Source: Akkermansia sp.
GTDB taxonomy: Bacteria; Verrucomicrobiota; Verrucomicrobiia; Verrucomicrobiales; Akkermansiaceae
Assembly: GCA_045591805.1 (NCBI GenBank)
Contig: JAZNTO010000130.1
Coordinates: 2,924-66,923, forward strand
DNA length: 64,000 nucleotides
Direction of reading: 5' to 3'
A program made the translations under genes and the position numbers. This document shows, piece by piece, positions 29,508 to 39,226 of the stretch (position 1 is the first letter of the stretch; every line of letters begins with the position of its first letter). Below the pieces are notes generated by a model. It made no database searches. It had not been told where the DNA came from and saw nothing but the letters and a program-made list of their open reading frames with translations.

Positions 29508-30431
29508 TCAGCCTCGTGGTTGGTTGAGGGAAATTTCCGCGATGCGCGAGCAGAGTTCACCGAAGCTGATGCCCACGGCCGCTGCTGCCTTGGGGAAGAG
29601 GGAGGCACTTGTCATACCGGGAATTGTGTTAATTTCCAGCACATAGGGTTTGCCCTCCTCGGTGAGCAGTACGTCCACACGGCCATATACTTCTACATTC
29701 AGCGCTTTGTAAGCGGCGAGAGCTGCTTCCTGTACAGCCTTTGTTTCCTCCTCGGAGATATCGGCCGGGCAGATGTAGTCCGACCCGGCGGCGCCGGAAA
29801 GCGCGGGGTACTTGTTGGCAAAGTCGTAGAAGCCTTGTTTGGGGGCGATGTGGATAACGGGCAGGGCAGTGCCGTTAAAGATAGCTACCGTAAGTTCTTT
29901 GCCGGCTATGTATTCTTCCACCAGCAGGTCGGTGCCGTATTTGGCTGCTTCTGCTACGGCTGCAGGAAGTTCTTCCGCTGTTTTGACAATGCTCACGCCT
30001 ACGGAAGACCCCTCGCAGGGCGGTTTAATGACGCAGGGGATACCAATGGTGGGCATTTGCCCACTGCCGATAATCTCATCTTTCGGTGTCGGAACGCCTG
30101 CGGCAAAGAAAGCCTTTTTGGTGAGAATTTTGTCGAAGCAGTTTCGGCTGGTCACTGAGCCTGCACCTGTGTAGGGGATGCCCAGTTCCTCCAGGTAGGA
30201 CTGCAGGCCGCCGTCCTCTCCGTAGGTGCCATGTATCATGTTGTAGCAAAGTTCCGTACCCTCCGGGATGGCCGGGCGCTCGCTTTCCACTACAACGGGG
30301 GTGACACGGGTGAAACCCTCTGCCCGCAGTGCCTCCAGCACAGCATTGCCGGAGACTAGCGAAACTTCGCGTTCTGAACCGGGACCGCCCATCAACAGGG
30401 CTATGGCTGTATCTTTGGTAAGTGTTTTCAT
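29508..30431 (-). CDS. ddl: D-alanine--D-alanine ligase
   Basis: GGPGSEREVSL, HGTYGEDG, EGSSVGV, YDFANKY, LEINTIPGMT. Confidence 0.96.
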   Translation of the reverse strand: MKTLTKDTAIALLMGGPGSEREVSLVSGNAVLEALRAEGFTRVTPVVVESERPAIPEGTELCYNMIHGTYGEDGGLQSYLEELGIPYTGAGSVTSRNCFDKILTKKAFFAAGVPTPKDEIIGSGQMPTIGIPCVIKPPCEGSSVGVSIVKTAEELPAAVAEAAKYGTDLLVEEYIAGKELTVAIFNGTALPVIHIAPKQGFYDFANKYPALSGAAGSDYICPADISEEETKAVQEAALAAYKALNVEVYGRVDVLLTEEGKPYVLEINTIPGMTSASLFPKAAAAVGISFGELCSRIAEISLNQPRG

Positions 30432-30443
30432 GTTGCTTCAGTA

Positions 30444-32744
30444 TCAGAATTCTGCTTCGCGATCGCCTACTACCTGCACCTCGGTGCGCAGGGTGATGCC
30501 TCGCTCGGCTTTGGCCTTGTGGCGGATGTAGTCTATAAGCTCGGTTACATCCGTAGCTTTTGCTTTGTTGATATTGACGATAAAGTTTGCGTGCTTGGAG
30601 GAAATTTGCGCACCGCCGATAGTGTAGCCCTTGAGCCCCAGCTCATCGATGAGCTTGCCGGCGGGGATTTCCTCCGGATTCACGAAGGTGCAGCCGGCGC
30701 TGGGTTCTATGGGTTGAGCGGCTTTGCGTTGGGCTCGATTTTCCTCTGTACGTGTGGCGATTTCTGCAGGATTTCCGGGAGTGCCGGAGAATGTGGCCTG
30801 CATCACGATGTTGTGCTCGAAAGCGGGAATGAGGCGGTACTGGGCAGGGCGCATGTGTTCTTTTTTGAACTGCACGATATCGCCATCGTCATTCAGTGCA
30901 AGGGCAGAGTGGAAGACGCTCCACATATCGCCGCCCATGGCTCCGGCGTTTTGGCGCAGGCTACCGCCTACGTAGCCGGGGATGCCGTCCATCCACTCGA
31001 AGCCGCCGATGCCGTTTTGCGCGGCAAAGGCTGCCAGTTTTTTGAGCTTCACGCCGGCACCGGCTATAATCTTGTTGGCGCTCAGCTCGAGTTTCAGGAA
31101 CTCGCCGGCAGCGGGGTGAATAACGGCTCCGCGTATACCGCCCTCGCGGACGATGAGATTTGAACCGCGCCCCACAGTGTGCACCGGAATGTTGCGGTCT
31201 TTGAAGAAGTTGACCACGTCCTGCATGCACGAGAAGCTGTGCGGCTCAATCCAATACTGCGCTTCGCCACCTACACCGCAGGTGGTATGGCGGCTCATGG
31301 GTTCGTAGAGACGGCAGGCGAAGTCGGTACCGCATTCCTGCTGCATTTCTGCAAGAATACGCAGGTCGGCGGCTATTTTCTTGCCGGATTCGTGTACGTT
31401 GCCGGCTCCCAGTGTGATGAAGAGGTCTCCCGGACGCAGAATATTGCCGACGACATGGTGAGCCAAAGCGAGGTTGGGCAGGAACTCGGCATCCACCGGG
31501 CCGTTCTCCAGCACGGCATCCACAATCGTTTGCCCGCTGATACCGGGTATGGGCGGCTCGCTGGCTGGGTATACATCCGCCACATACAGCTTGTCTACGT
31601 TTTGCAGCACGCGCCCGAAATCGTCCCGCAGCAGCTGGGTGCGTGTGTAGCGGTGAGGCTGGAAGAGCACGATAAGGCGGCCGGGCTTGAGGCTCTGAGC
31701 TGTTTGCAGGGTGGCGGCTATCTCTGTGGGGTGGTGGCCGTAGTCGTCCACGATGCGGTAGTCGCGGGAAAGGTATTTGGTCTCGAAGCGGCGGCGTGCA
31801 CCGGCGAAGCTTACCAGCCCGCGGGTGATACTGGCGAAGTCGCAGCCCAGCTCCAGAGCCAAGGCTGTAGCTGCCAAGGAGTTGAGCACATTGTGGCGAC
31901 CCGGGATACCCAGCTCCACACGCCCCAGTGGGACTCCCTTGTGGTTAATTGTGTAAAGCGTCCGCCCGCGTCTTACGGTCAGCTCTGTGGCGGTGTAGTC
32001 TGCATCCTGCCAGCCGTAGGAGATGGTGTTGGGGTATTGGGAGCACACGTCTGCTGCTCCGGCATCTGCCTTGCAGTAGATAAGCTTGCCGCGAGTCTGG
32101 CGGCAAAGGCGGTGGAAAACGCTCTTTATGTGGTCGAGATCTCGGTAGAAGTCCAGATGCTCAGCCTCGATGTTCAGGATAATGCTATGCTCGGGGATGT
32201 AGTTCACCAGAGTACCATCGCTCTCGTCGCCCTCTGCTACCAGGTATTCGCTGTCCTGAGTCCAGTGAGCATTGGCTCCCAGCACCGGGATTTCTGCCCC
32301 GACATAGTGGCAGGGACGCATGCGCCCCTCGCGCAGGAGGTGGGCACACATGGCAGAAGTGGTTGTTTTGCCGTGGGTACCGGCCACAACGACGCCTTTC
32401 TTGTTGTTGAGAATGGCCGCCAAGCATTCGGCACGGCGCAGACAGAGACAGCCGTTTTTGCGAGCGGCTGCCAAGGCAACGTTTTCCTCGCGGATGGCGC
32501 TGGAGTAGATGACCACCTCTGCATCGCTCACGGAGGCGGCGCTGTGCGGGCAGGAAAACACGAGGCCGCTTTGCTGCAAGCGCTCTGTTTCATCGCTCGT
32601 TACACGGTCGCAACCGCTGACGCGGTGCCCCATTTCCAGCAGCATACGAGCCAAGCCGCTCATGCCGGCACCGGCTACACCAATCAAATGAATGCGTACA
32701 GGGTTATCCCTGTCCAGAAGCCTTTTGCGTAACTGTTCTATCAT
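30444..32744 (-). CDS. murC: MurC-MurB fusion protein
   Basis: MurC motifs GVAGAGMSG, GTHGKTTT, EGDESDG, DDYGHHPTEI, FQPHRYTR. MurB motifs GRGSNL, GIPGYVGG, NAGA, SAGCTFVNP, KHANFIVN, EV. Confidence 0.95.
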   Translation of the reverse strand: MIEQLRKRLLDRDNPVRIHLIGVAGAGMSGLARMLLEMGHRVSGCDRVTSDETERLQQSGLVFSCPHSAASVSDAEVVIYSSAIREENVALAAARKNGCLCLRRAECLAAILNNKKGVVVAGTHGKTTTSAMCAHLLREGRMRPCHYVGAEIPVLGANAHWTQDSEYLVAEGDESDGTLVNYIPEHSIILNIEAEHLDFYRDLDHIKSVFHRLCRQTRGKLIYCKADAGAADVCSQYPNTISYGWQDADYTATELTVRRGRTLYTINHKGVPLGRVELGIPGRHNVLNSLAATALALELGCDFASITRGLVSFAGARRRFETKYLSRDYRIVDDYGHHPTEIAATLQTAQSLKPGRLIVLFQPHRYTRTQLLRDDFGRVLQNVDKLYVADVYPASEPPIPGISGQTIVDAVLENGPVDAEFLPNLALAHHVVGNILRPGDLFITLGAGNVHESGKKIAADLRILAEMQQECGTDFACRLYEPMSRHTTCGVGGEAQYWIEPHSFSCMQDVVNFFKDRNIPVHTVGRGSNLIVREGGIRGAVIHPAAGEFLKLELSANKIIAGAGVKLKKLAAFAAQNGIGGFEWMDGIPGYVGGSLRQNAGAMGGDMWSVFHSALALNDDGDIVQFKKEHMRPAQYRLIPAFEHNIVMQATFSGTPGNPAEIATRTEENRAQRKAAQPIEPSAGCTFVNPEEIPAGKLIDELGLKGYTIGGAQISSKHANFIVNINKAKATDVTELIDYIRHKAKAERGITLRTEVQVVGDREAEF

Positions 32745-32825
32745 AGCTCTTGCCCTGTATTATACCTGTTTGTTTGCTACAATCAAGCTAAATGTTGTCC
32801 GTGGGGGGCGGAAAAGCAGATTTTG

Positions 32826-33695
32826 TTACTCTTGCTCCACAACCTGACGTACCCATCCGATGGATTCGCAGCCAAACTCCACGACATCCCCCGGCTTGAG
32901 GTACTGCGGGGGAGTCATGCCCATGCCCACACCGCCCGGTGTGCCGGTGGATACGACATCTCCGGCGTTGAGTGTGATGAAGCGGGAGACGTATGCCACC
33001 AGCTCCGCCACGGGCATGATGAGTTCTGCCGTGTTTGCGTTCTGGCGGAGTTCGCCATTCACTTTCAGCTGTAGCTGCAGGGCGTCCGGATTCGGGATTT
33101 CGTCTTTCGATACAAAGACGGGGCCGAAGGGTGCGAAGGTGTCGTAACTCTTGCCCTTGGTCCACTGGCCTCCGTGCTCCAGCTGCCAAGCGCGCTCGGA
33201 GTAATCGCACATGAGCGTGTAGCCGATGATGGCCTTCTTTGCTTCCGCGGCTGTGGCATTGTGCAGCGTGTCGCCCAGAATGACGGCTAGCTCTACCTCG
33301 TAGTCCAGTTTTGTTGCCCCCCGTGGGTTGAGCACATAGGAGAGATCGGAGCTGATGGCTGAGGTGGCTTTGAGGAATATGGAGGGCTCGGTAGGAGAAT
33401 CTCCGCTGAATTCCTTGGCGTGTGCAGCATAGCATTTGCCGAGGCAGGCTATTGTGCAGGGCTGAACATGCAACGCGCCGGAGGTTACCAGCCCCTCCAT
33501 ATCCACCTCCACGCCATCCGGGGCGCCTTTGGATATCCAAGTTTCGATTTCTTTGCGCAGTTTTTTTCCGCCCGGAGAGAGCGAGGCCCAGATTTGCTCA
33601 TCCTGAGCCGTGACGTCTATCCAACAGCGGCGCTTAGGAACCCAGAGGCCGATAACGCTCTCTCCTTCTTCGTCTACGTAGTATTGGAGTCTCAT
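32826..33695 (-). CDS. Fumarylacetoacetate hydrolase family protein
   Basis: DYEVELAVI, DYSER, WTKGKSYDTFAPFGP, GDVVSTGTPGGVG. Confidence 0.93.
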   Translation of the reverse strand: MRLQYYVDEEGESVIGLWVPKRRCWIDVTAQDEQIWASLSPGGKKLRKEIETWISKGAPDGVEVDMEGLVTSGALHVQPCTIACLGKCYAAHAKEFSGDSPTEPSIFLKATSAISSDLSYVLNPRGATKLDYEVELAVILGDTLHNATAAEAKKAIIGYTLMCDYSERAWQLEHGGQWTKGKSYDTFAPFGPVFVSKDEIPNPDALQLQLKVNGELRQNANTAELIMPVAELVAYVSRFITLNAGDVVSTGTPGGVGMGMTPPQYLKPGDVVEFGCESIGWVRQVVEQE

Positions 33696-33718
33696 AGCAG
33701 TATCATTCGGAAAAATTA

Positions 33719-34348
33719 TCAGTCCCAGTCGTGTATGTCATCCGGGATTTCATCCAGATATGAAGGAACCTCTACGGATGGTGTCGTGGTGTGGGGGGGC
33801 TGTGCCGGGTAGTTCTCCGGCAGCTCCGGCACTGTATCCGCATCCGGAGTTTCCGGTATTTGCTCTGCGGCGGTCTCTCTGCGCACGGCTTCTTCTACCT
33901 CAGCATCCGACACGGTATCCAGAATGGGGTGTTCCTCCGGGGCTTCCTCCGTAGGCTCCTCGTCTGCATTGTTGTTCAGAATATTGCGGTACATGAACAC
34001 GCGGTCGCCCTTCACCACATTCCCGGAGCGTATTTCCGCCGCTATGATGTTGCCGCGAGCGTTGAACTCTGAGGAGACGATAAGATTCCCCATTCGGGAG
34101 TTTGAGCCATCGATGGGGTGTGAGATGAGAACACTGCCGCCGGGCGGAATAGGCCCAATCATGCGCAGAAGGGCAAAGCCCTGCTGCGGATACACCTGGT
34201 GCACGGCTCCGAGGTGCAGGGGGGGCAGCACCTTTGTTTCTTTTTCTCCGGCATTTGCCTCCTCCGCTGTATTCTGCTGCTGTTGCAGCTGGCAGGCGGT
34301 CATCATAACCAGCACGGCGGCTGTCGTTATAACGGTTAATCTTCTCAT
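33719..34348 (-). CDS. Hypothetical lipoprotein with acidic C-terminal tail
   Basis: Lipobox MMTAC. Promoter TTGACG-17-TAGGCT lies 6 nt upstream. Confidence 0.75.
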   Translation of the reverse strand: MRRLTVITTAAVLVMMTACQLQQQQNTAEEANAGEKETKVLPPLHLGAVHQVYPQQGFALLRMIGPIPPGGSVLISHPIDGSNSRMGNLIVSSEFNARGNIIAAEIRSGNVVKGDRVFMYRNILNNNADEEPTEEAPEEHPILDTVSDAEVEEAVRRETAAEQIPETPDADTVPELPENYPAQPPHTTTPSVEVPSYLDEIPDDIHDWD

Positions 34349-34354
34349 GCCTTT

Positions 34355-34437
34355 AGCCTACACCATGCAGCGGGTGGCGTCAAGCCGGATGTTTGCCAAA
34401 ATTGCGACTTGTCTCACGCTGCGTTCAGGTGTATAAT
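34355..34437. promoter_or_regulatory. Divergent pair of sigma70-type leaderless promoters
   Basis: Minus strand: TTGACG(34383-78)-17-TAGGCT. Plus strand: TTGTCT(34409-14)-17-TATAAT. Each is 6 nt from an ATG. Confidence 0.65.
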
Positions 34438-34443
34438 ACCCGT

Positions 34444-34740
34444 ATGAGCGATTCTGACAGATTTGAAATTAACAGAGACGAATTGACAGCCGCCATTGTG
34501 GAGCTCAATTCCATGAGTCCCTGCGATGGTGTTATCATGACGCGCGAGGGCAAGGTAAAGTGTGGCTACGCAGCGGATGCGGATTTTCTCTGCATGCTGA
34601 TACCGGCCGGAGTTCTGGCGCGTCGTCTTACGGCGGACGGGCTTTCGTCTTACGGCGGCAAGGAGCTGAAGTCTTGGGCAGATAAGTATGAATTGGAACC
34701 CTTGCAGGAGATTGTAAGCCATGCGCAGAGCGCTCAGTAG
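34444..34740 (+). CDS. Hypothetical protein
   Basis: ATG 6 nt after TATAAT. Overlaps the start of the next gene. Confidence 0.65.
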   Translation: MSDSDRFEINRDELTAAIVELNSMSPCDGVIMTREGKVKCGYAADADFLCMLIPAGVLARRLTADGLSSYGGKELKSWADKYELEPLQEIVSHAQSAQ

Positions 34741-35476
34741 ATTGGTTCTGGTCCTGCTGCTGAGTGTGAATGGCTGCGCCTCGGATATGCGCACCCCGCT
34801 GCCGGAAGGCCCCGGCAAACAGGTGGCTGTTTTTGTGGCTCTCTGTGACAATGTGCATCAGGGTATTGCACCTGTGCCGGCTGCCATAGGGAATGGAGAA
34901 GAACCTGCCCGGAATTTGTATTGGGGCTGCTCGGAGGCTTTGCCGCAAGTCATGCGAGCCTCGCGAGATTGGGCTCGCCCGGTTTGGGTGAAAAGCTACC
35001 GGGGGCAGCCTCGGGAGGTGTTACAGGCCGTTGTCTGTACACGTGCAGACAAGCGCGCTACGATTTCTGCTTTCGCATACAGAGGTGACGCCATGCAGGC
35101 TTGTCTGCGGGCATTTGAGGAGGAATTGCAGACCGGGCGCTACGAGCTGGTTGTTTTTCTGGGGCACAACGGGCTCATGGATTTTCACTGTCCTGAGCCT
35201 ACGCCCGCCACAAAACAGGGGGCCGATAGTATGGTGCTTTGCTGCCACAGCCACAGCTGGTTTGCTTCGCGGCTGGAAGCTTTGAAATCCCGCCCGGTTC
35301 TGCTGACACGGCAGAATATGTATCCTGCCGGAGCTCTTGTAACAGCGGCATTGGAAGCTTGGCTCAGCAAGCCGTCGGATACGGAATATATACGAGCAGC
35401 TGCTGCACGAGCATACGCAGCCAATCAGGGTATCAGCGTTAAGGCTGCTGCAGGCGTTTTTGCTAAATTGCCGTAA
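34721..35476 (+). CDS. Hypothetical lipoprotein (possible caspase/CHAT-like fold)
   Basis: Lipobox VNGC. VALCDN, NLYWG, VVFLGHNG and MVLCC. Confidence 0.7.
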   Translation: MRRALSRLVLVLLLSVNGCASDMRTPLPEGPGKQVAVFVALCDNVHQGIAPVPAAIGNGEEPARNLYWGCSEALPQVMRASRDWARPVWVKSYRGQPREVLQAVVCTRADKRATISAFAYRGDAMQACLRAFEEELQTGRYELVVFLGHNGLMDFHCPEPTPATKQGADSMVLCCHSHSWFASRLEALKSRPVLLTRQNMYPAGALVTAALEAWLSKPSDTEYIRAAAARAYAANQGISVKAAAGVFAKLP

Positions 35477-35481
35477 TACTA

Positions 35482-35513
35482 AGCCCCGCGACCTTAAAAC
35501 AGGTGGCGGGGCT
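35482..35513. terminator. Hairpin between convergent genes
   Basis: AGCCCCGC...GCGGGGCT with inner ACCT/AGGT pairing. Confidence 0.5.
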
Positions 35514-35539
35514 CGCAGAAGAGCTTTGAGGGGGCGCTA

Positions 35540-36613
35540 TCAGCTGCCTGCCTGTTCGGACATGGCTTGGTCGATAAGTGCCTTTATTTCCTCTGCCTGC
35601 TTCTTGAGCGCGGCAAGCTCTTTCATGGCCTTGGGCAGCTTACGGAGTGCGGCAAACTGGAGGCTGGCTTCCTTGAAAGGTGCCGCCGGGGCACCCCAAT
35701 ATACTTGGCCGCCCTCCAGAGAGGACATCACCCCGGTGCGTGCGGCAAGTGTTGTTTTGTCGCCTACCTTCAGATGGCCTGCAATGCCTACCTGAGCCGC
35801 TACTGTGCAGTAGTCTCCTATGCTGGAGCTGCCCGCAATGCCTGTTTGTGCCACAATGACGGTGTGCTTGCCCACCACAACATTGTGACCGATCTGGACG
35901 AGATTGTCTATCTTGGTACCTTCGCCGATGATGGTGCGGCCGAAGCGGGCGCGGTCTATAGTGGTGTTGGCGCCTACGTCCACATAGTCGCCCACAACCA
36001 CGATACCCACCTGATCCACAGTCTCATAGCGGCCTTCGCTGTTGAGCAGGAATCCAAAGCCATCCGAACCGATGACGGCACCGGGCTGCAGCACAACCCC
36101 TTTGCCCAGAATGCAACGCTCGCGTACCACGGCGTTGGCATAGAGCTTGCAGCCCTCGCCGAGTGCGGCAGACTTGCCGATGACGCAACCGGGCCCGATG
36201 TCGCAGCCATCCCCGATTTCTGCTCCGGCCTCAATCACTGCGCAAGGTGCTACTCGTACCTTGTCCGGGTTGAGCTTTGCCGTGGGATCTACATAAGCCG
36301 CGGGGGAAATGCCGGGTGCAAAATCCGAAGCGGCCTTCATGAAGTACCCCACAACCGCATTGAAAGACAAGGAGGGGTTTTCCACCTCGATGAACACAGG
36401 GCCTTCCGGATACTCCGGCAAGCTCGGCGGCACCAGGACGACAGAGGCCTTGGTAGCCAGAAAGTCTTTGAAATATTTTTCGTTGCCCAAAAATGATACC
36501 TCACCGCTGCAAGCTTCTGCCAACGTAGCGACTCCGGAGACCTTAATCTCCGGAGTCGGGTTGAGAATTTTACCGCCGGTGAGCGCGACAACTTCTTCGA
36601 GAGAGAGGTTCAT
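35540..36613 (-). CDS. lpxD: UDP-3-O-acyl-glucosamine N-acyltransferase
   Basis: Hexapeptide repeats, IGSDGFGF, GANTTIDR, TKIDNLVQIGHN. Follows skp. Confidence 0.96.
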   Translation of the reverse strand: MNLSLEEVVALTGGKILNPTPEIKVSGVATLAEACSGEVSFLGNEKYFKDFLATKASVVLVPPSLPEYPEGPVFIEVENPSLSFNAVVGYFMKAASDFAPGISPAAYVDPTAKLNPDKVRVAPCAVIEAGAEIGDGCDIGPGCVIGKSAALGEGCKLYANAVVRERCILGKGVVLQPGAVIGSDGFGFLLNSEGRYETVDQVGIVVVGDYVDVGANTTIDRARFGRTIIGEGTKIDNLVQIGHNVVVGKHTVIVAQTGIAGSSSIGDYCTVAAQVGIAGHLKVGDKTTLAARTGVMSSLEGGQVYWGAPAAPFKEASLQFAALRKLPKAMKELAALKKQAEEIKALIDQAMSEQAGS

Positions 36614-36636
36614 AGTCGTGCTCCTGTGGGTTGAAG

Positions 36637-37281
36637 TTAGTTCTGCTGTGCAGGTGTGACAGACGGGGTGCCATACAAGCGCTGCAGCTCAGCCTTGGGG
36701 TCGAAGCCTTCCGGGGCGCCTGCATTGAGAGCTTTCAGTACCTCGGGGGTGATGTCGAAGCTGCTCTTCACGTAGGGGAAAATCTTAATACCGGTGGTGG
36801 CATTCTGAGCGCTGGAGTCCAGCACGACGTCGTAGCCCCCCTGAGAGGCGATATCGGAGATAGTCTGCTGCACCTCGTTGAAAAGCAGAGCCATGTCGCG
36901 GCGGAAGAGTTCCTTGAAAGCGAGGGAGCGGCGCTGAACATAGGTCTGCAGCTCCTGCTGAGCAGCCTGAATCTCGTTCATCTTGATGTTGTGCTGGTCG
37001 CTCAGCTTCTTCACCTGCGCTTGGGAGAGGGAGGGGTCGTACTTCTTCTGTATCTGCTTGTCTTCCTCTTGGAGCGCACGCAACTTGTCCTCGCGCACCT
37101 TGATTTCGGCCTTAATCTTGGCCTCCTCATCCTTGAGGCGCACCTCTGTATCGAAGCGCTTGTAGAAGAGCGTGTAGAGTTCTGTTACGTTCACGGTGGC
37201 AACCTTAAGCTCGGCTTGTGCGGTAGCGACCATGGCGCAGAGCGTCACAGCGATGGTGGAGATAATGGTGTGGAACTTCAT
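36637..37281 (-). CDS. skp: Periplasmic chaperone Skp/OmpH
   Basis: Signal peptide, KVATVN, coiled coil, GYDVVLD, DITPEVLKALN. Confidence 0.88.
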   Translation of the reverse strand: MKFHTIISTIAVTLCAMVATAQAELKVATVNVTELYTLFYKRFDTEVRLKDEEAKIKAEIKVREDKLRALQEEDKQIQKKYDPSLSQAQVKKLSDQHNIKMNEIQAAQQELQTYVQRRSLAFKELFRRDMALLFNEVQQTISDIASQGGYDVVLDSSAQNATTGIKIFPYVKSSFDITPEVLKALNAGAPEGFDPKAELQRLYGTPSVTPAQQN

Positions 37282-37395
37282 AACGATGTATCTGAGGTCT
37301 ATTGACGCTCTCCATTTTAGCCAATCTTGGAGACAAGTCAAGAAAACGCTGTGTCAAAAGAGGAAATTTAAGCAGGCATGACAAATTTTTTATTC

Positions 37396-37424
37396 TTGCA
37401 GAAATGCGGAGAATCTGGTAGAAT
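37396..37424 (+). promoter_or_regulatory. Sigma70-type leaderless promoter
   Basis: TTGCAG-17-TAGAAT with TG extension, 6 nt before ATG. Confidence 0.7.
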
Positions 37425-37430
37425 ATCGGC

Positions 37431-38243
37431 ATGAGTGAGCTTGTCATGCTGGGAACAGGTAATGCAGCTGTGACGCAGTGTTATAACACCTGTTTTGTGT
37501 TGCGTCATTGCGGGCGCTGTTTTCTGGTGGACGGCGGTGGTGGTAACACGATTCTGCAGCGTTTGGAGCAGGCCAATATACCGCTCTGTTCTATACACGA
37601 TATTTTTCTGACCCACACGCACACAGACCATATTTTCGGGGTGGTGTGGGTGCTTCGCATGGTGGCGCAGGCGATGAACGTCGGAAAATACAGCGGTGAG
37701 CTGCACGTATACGGGCATGCAGAGGGGCTGGAGACGCTGGAGATAATTTGCCGTGCTACGCTTCCTGGCAAGGTGTGTGCGCATCTGGGAGAGGATATTC
37801 TGCTGCACGCATTGGAAGACGGAGCTTCTTTCTGTGCGGCCGGCATGCAGGGGCGAGTTTTTGACATAGCTTCCACCAAGGCAAAGCAATACGGCTTTGC
37901 ACTGGAGCTGCCGGACGGACAGCGGCTTGTTTGCTTGGGTGATGAGCCGTACAACGAGCGGGCGGAAGCCTATGCACGCGGTGCTGACTGGTTGCTTTGC
38001 GAGGCTTTTTGCCTTTTTGCTGATAGAGAACGCTTCAAGCCATACGAAAAACACCACAGCACAGCGTCGGACGCCGGAAGACTGGCTGCTATGCTGGCAG
38101 TGAAAAATCTGCTGCTCTACCACACAGAGGATAAAACGCTTGCAACACGGCGCGAGCGCTATACCCGTGAAGCTGCTCAACATTTTTCCGGTACGATAAT
38201 CGTGCCGGAGGATCTCGAACCCATTATACTTAATTCGCCATGA
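37431..38243 (+). CDS. MBL-fold metallo-hydrolase, RNase Z/BN-like
   Basis: LGTG, VDGGGG, THTHTDH, GDE, CEAF, HHST, YHTED. Confidence 0.88.
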   Translation: MSELVMLGTGNAAVTQCYNTCFVLRHCGRCFLVDGGGGNTILQRLEQANIPLCSIHDIFLTHTHTDHIFGVVWVLRMVAQAMNVGKYSGELHVYGHAEGLETLEIICRATLPGKVCAHLGEDILLHALEDGASFCAAGMQGRVFDIASTKAKQYGFALELPDGQRLVCLGDEPYNERAEAYARGADWLLCEAFCLFADRERFKPYEKHHSTASDAGRLAAMLAVKNLLLYHTEDKTLATRRERYTREAAQHFSGTIIVPEDLEPIILNSP

Positions 38244-39091
38244 AAACTGTACTGCATTTTGTGTATTCCATAATCTGTCTGTTCTGTGTATTTTGCGCAT
38301 ACGCAGAGCCTGCAGAACGTACTAACGTATCGCGGGTATGGGAAGATGTCTCAGCGGATTTCTTCCACTACGATGCCGTCTACGATAAGATGACATTTAA
38401 CGTGTTGCCGCAGAGCCGGGGATTTGTGTCCCTTAGTGGTGCAGATTTTCATAAGTTGCTCAGAGAGAGGCTTGGGGTGGATATGCCGGACGGCTCCAGC
38501 GCAGACTACAAAGGAGGCAAGTTCCGTGTTCGCAGCACTAAAACAGATATTGAAAAAATCGAGAAGTCTCTGGAAATATTCCGAAAGTTGGAAGGCAGAT
38601 TTAATACTGCTCTCTCCAAAGGTAACAAAATAAGCGGAAACTTTTACAATAATCTCAACGGAATTGCGCTTATTTTCGTAGATGAGCATATGTTAAAGGT
38701 GTATCAGGCTCAGAAAAAAGAGCGTAAAAAAAATAAGAAATCGAGAAGGCGGCAAAACGAAGCCGCAGAAGCTCCTGAAACGCTGGAGGAGCTGGATGAA
38801 CATAGATTGGTGGTGCTCGTTTTCGAGAATGGCGTCAAGTCCAAGGAAATTAAGAAATTTAAGAATACGTTGAAAGTGAGTGAATCCATTTGTATATACG
38901 AGAATAATCTTGACTCTCTGTTTATGGACATGAAGGGGGACGCCCCTATTGTATTGGTGGATTGTTATGGGTTCGAAGTAAAAACCTGTCGCACCATCAG
39001 CGAGTTGCTGGCCATGAAAAAGGAGTTTTGCTTTTGGTTCAACGCTAAAGGACAACACGCTGCTCGCGATTATCGACCTATATTCCGCTGA
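38240..39091 (+). CDS. Hypothetical exported Lys-rich protein (AT-rich)
   Basis: Signal peptide ending AYA. 4-nt overlap with the upstream stop. Confidence 0.7.
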   Translation: MKTVLHFVYSIICLFCVFCAYAEPAERTNVSRVWEDVSADFFHYDAVYDKMTFNVLPQSRGFVSLSGADFHKLLRERLGVDMPDGSSADYKGGKFRVRSTKTDIEKIEKSLEIFRKLEGRFNTALSKGNKISGNFYNNLNGIALIFVDEHMLKVYQAQKKERKKNKKSRRRQNEAAEAPETLEELDEHRLVVLVFENGVKSKEIKKFKNTLKVSESICIYENNLDSLFMDMKGDAPIVLVDCYGFEVKTCRTISELLAMKKEFCFWFNAKGQHAARDYRPIFR

Positions 39092-39110
39092 TCTACTCTA
39101 CCACTGATTC

Positions 39111-39156
39111 AACAAAAACGGCTGGGGTTCCCTGCGGAATGCCCAACCGTTTTTGT
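39111..39156. terminator. Bidirectional intrinsic terminator
   Basis: ACAAAAACGG...CCGTTTTTGT with inner stem. T-tracts on both strands. Confidence 0.8.
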
Positions 39157-39226
39157 ACTTACACCTACTCTATATGAAAACAAAATTCTGTCTTCTCCTT
39201 TGGCCGGCTCTCACCCCGGCCTTACA
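39111..39226 (-). ncRNA. Candidate small RNA (5' hairpin, unstructured middle, terminator)
   Basis: GGCCGG/CCGGCC hairpin, single-stranded TTTTGTTTTCATATAGAGTAGGTGT, terminator, and an ECF-like upstream GAAT...CGTT. Confidence 0.4.
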
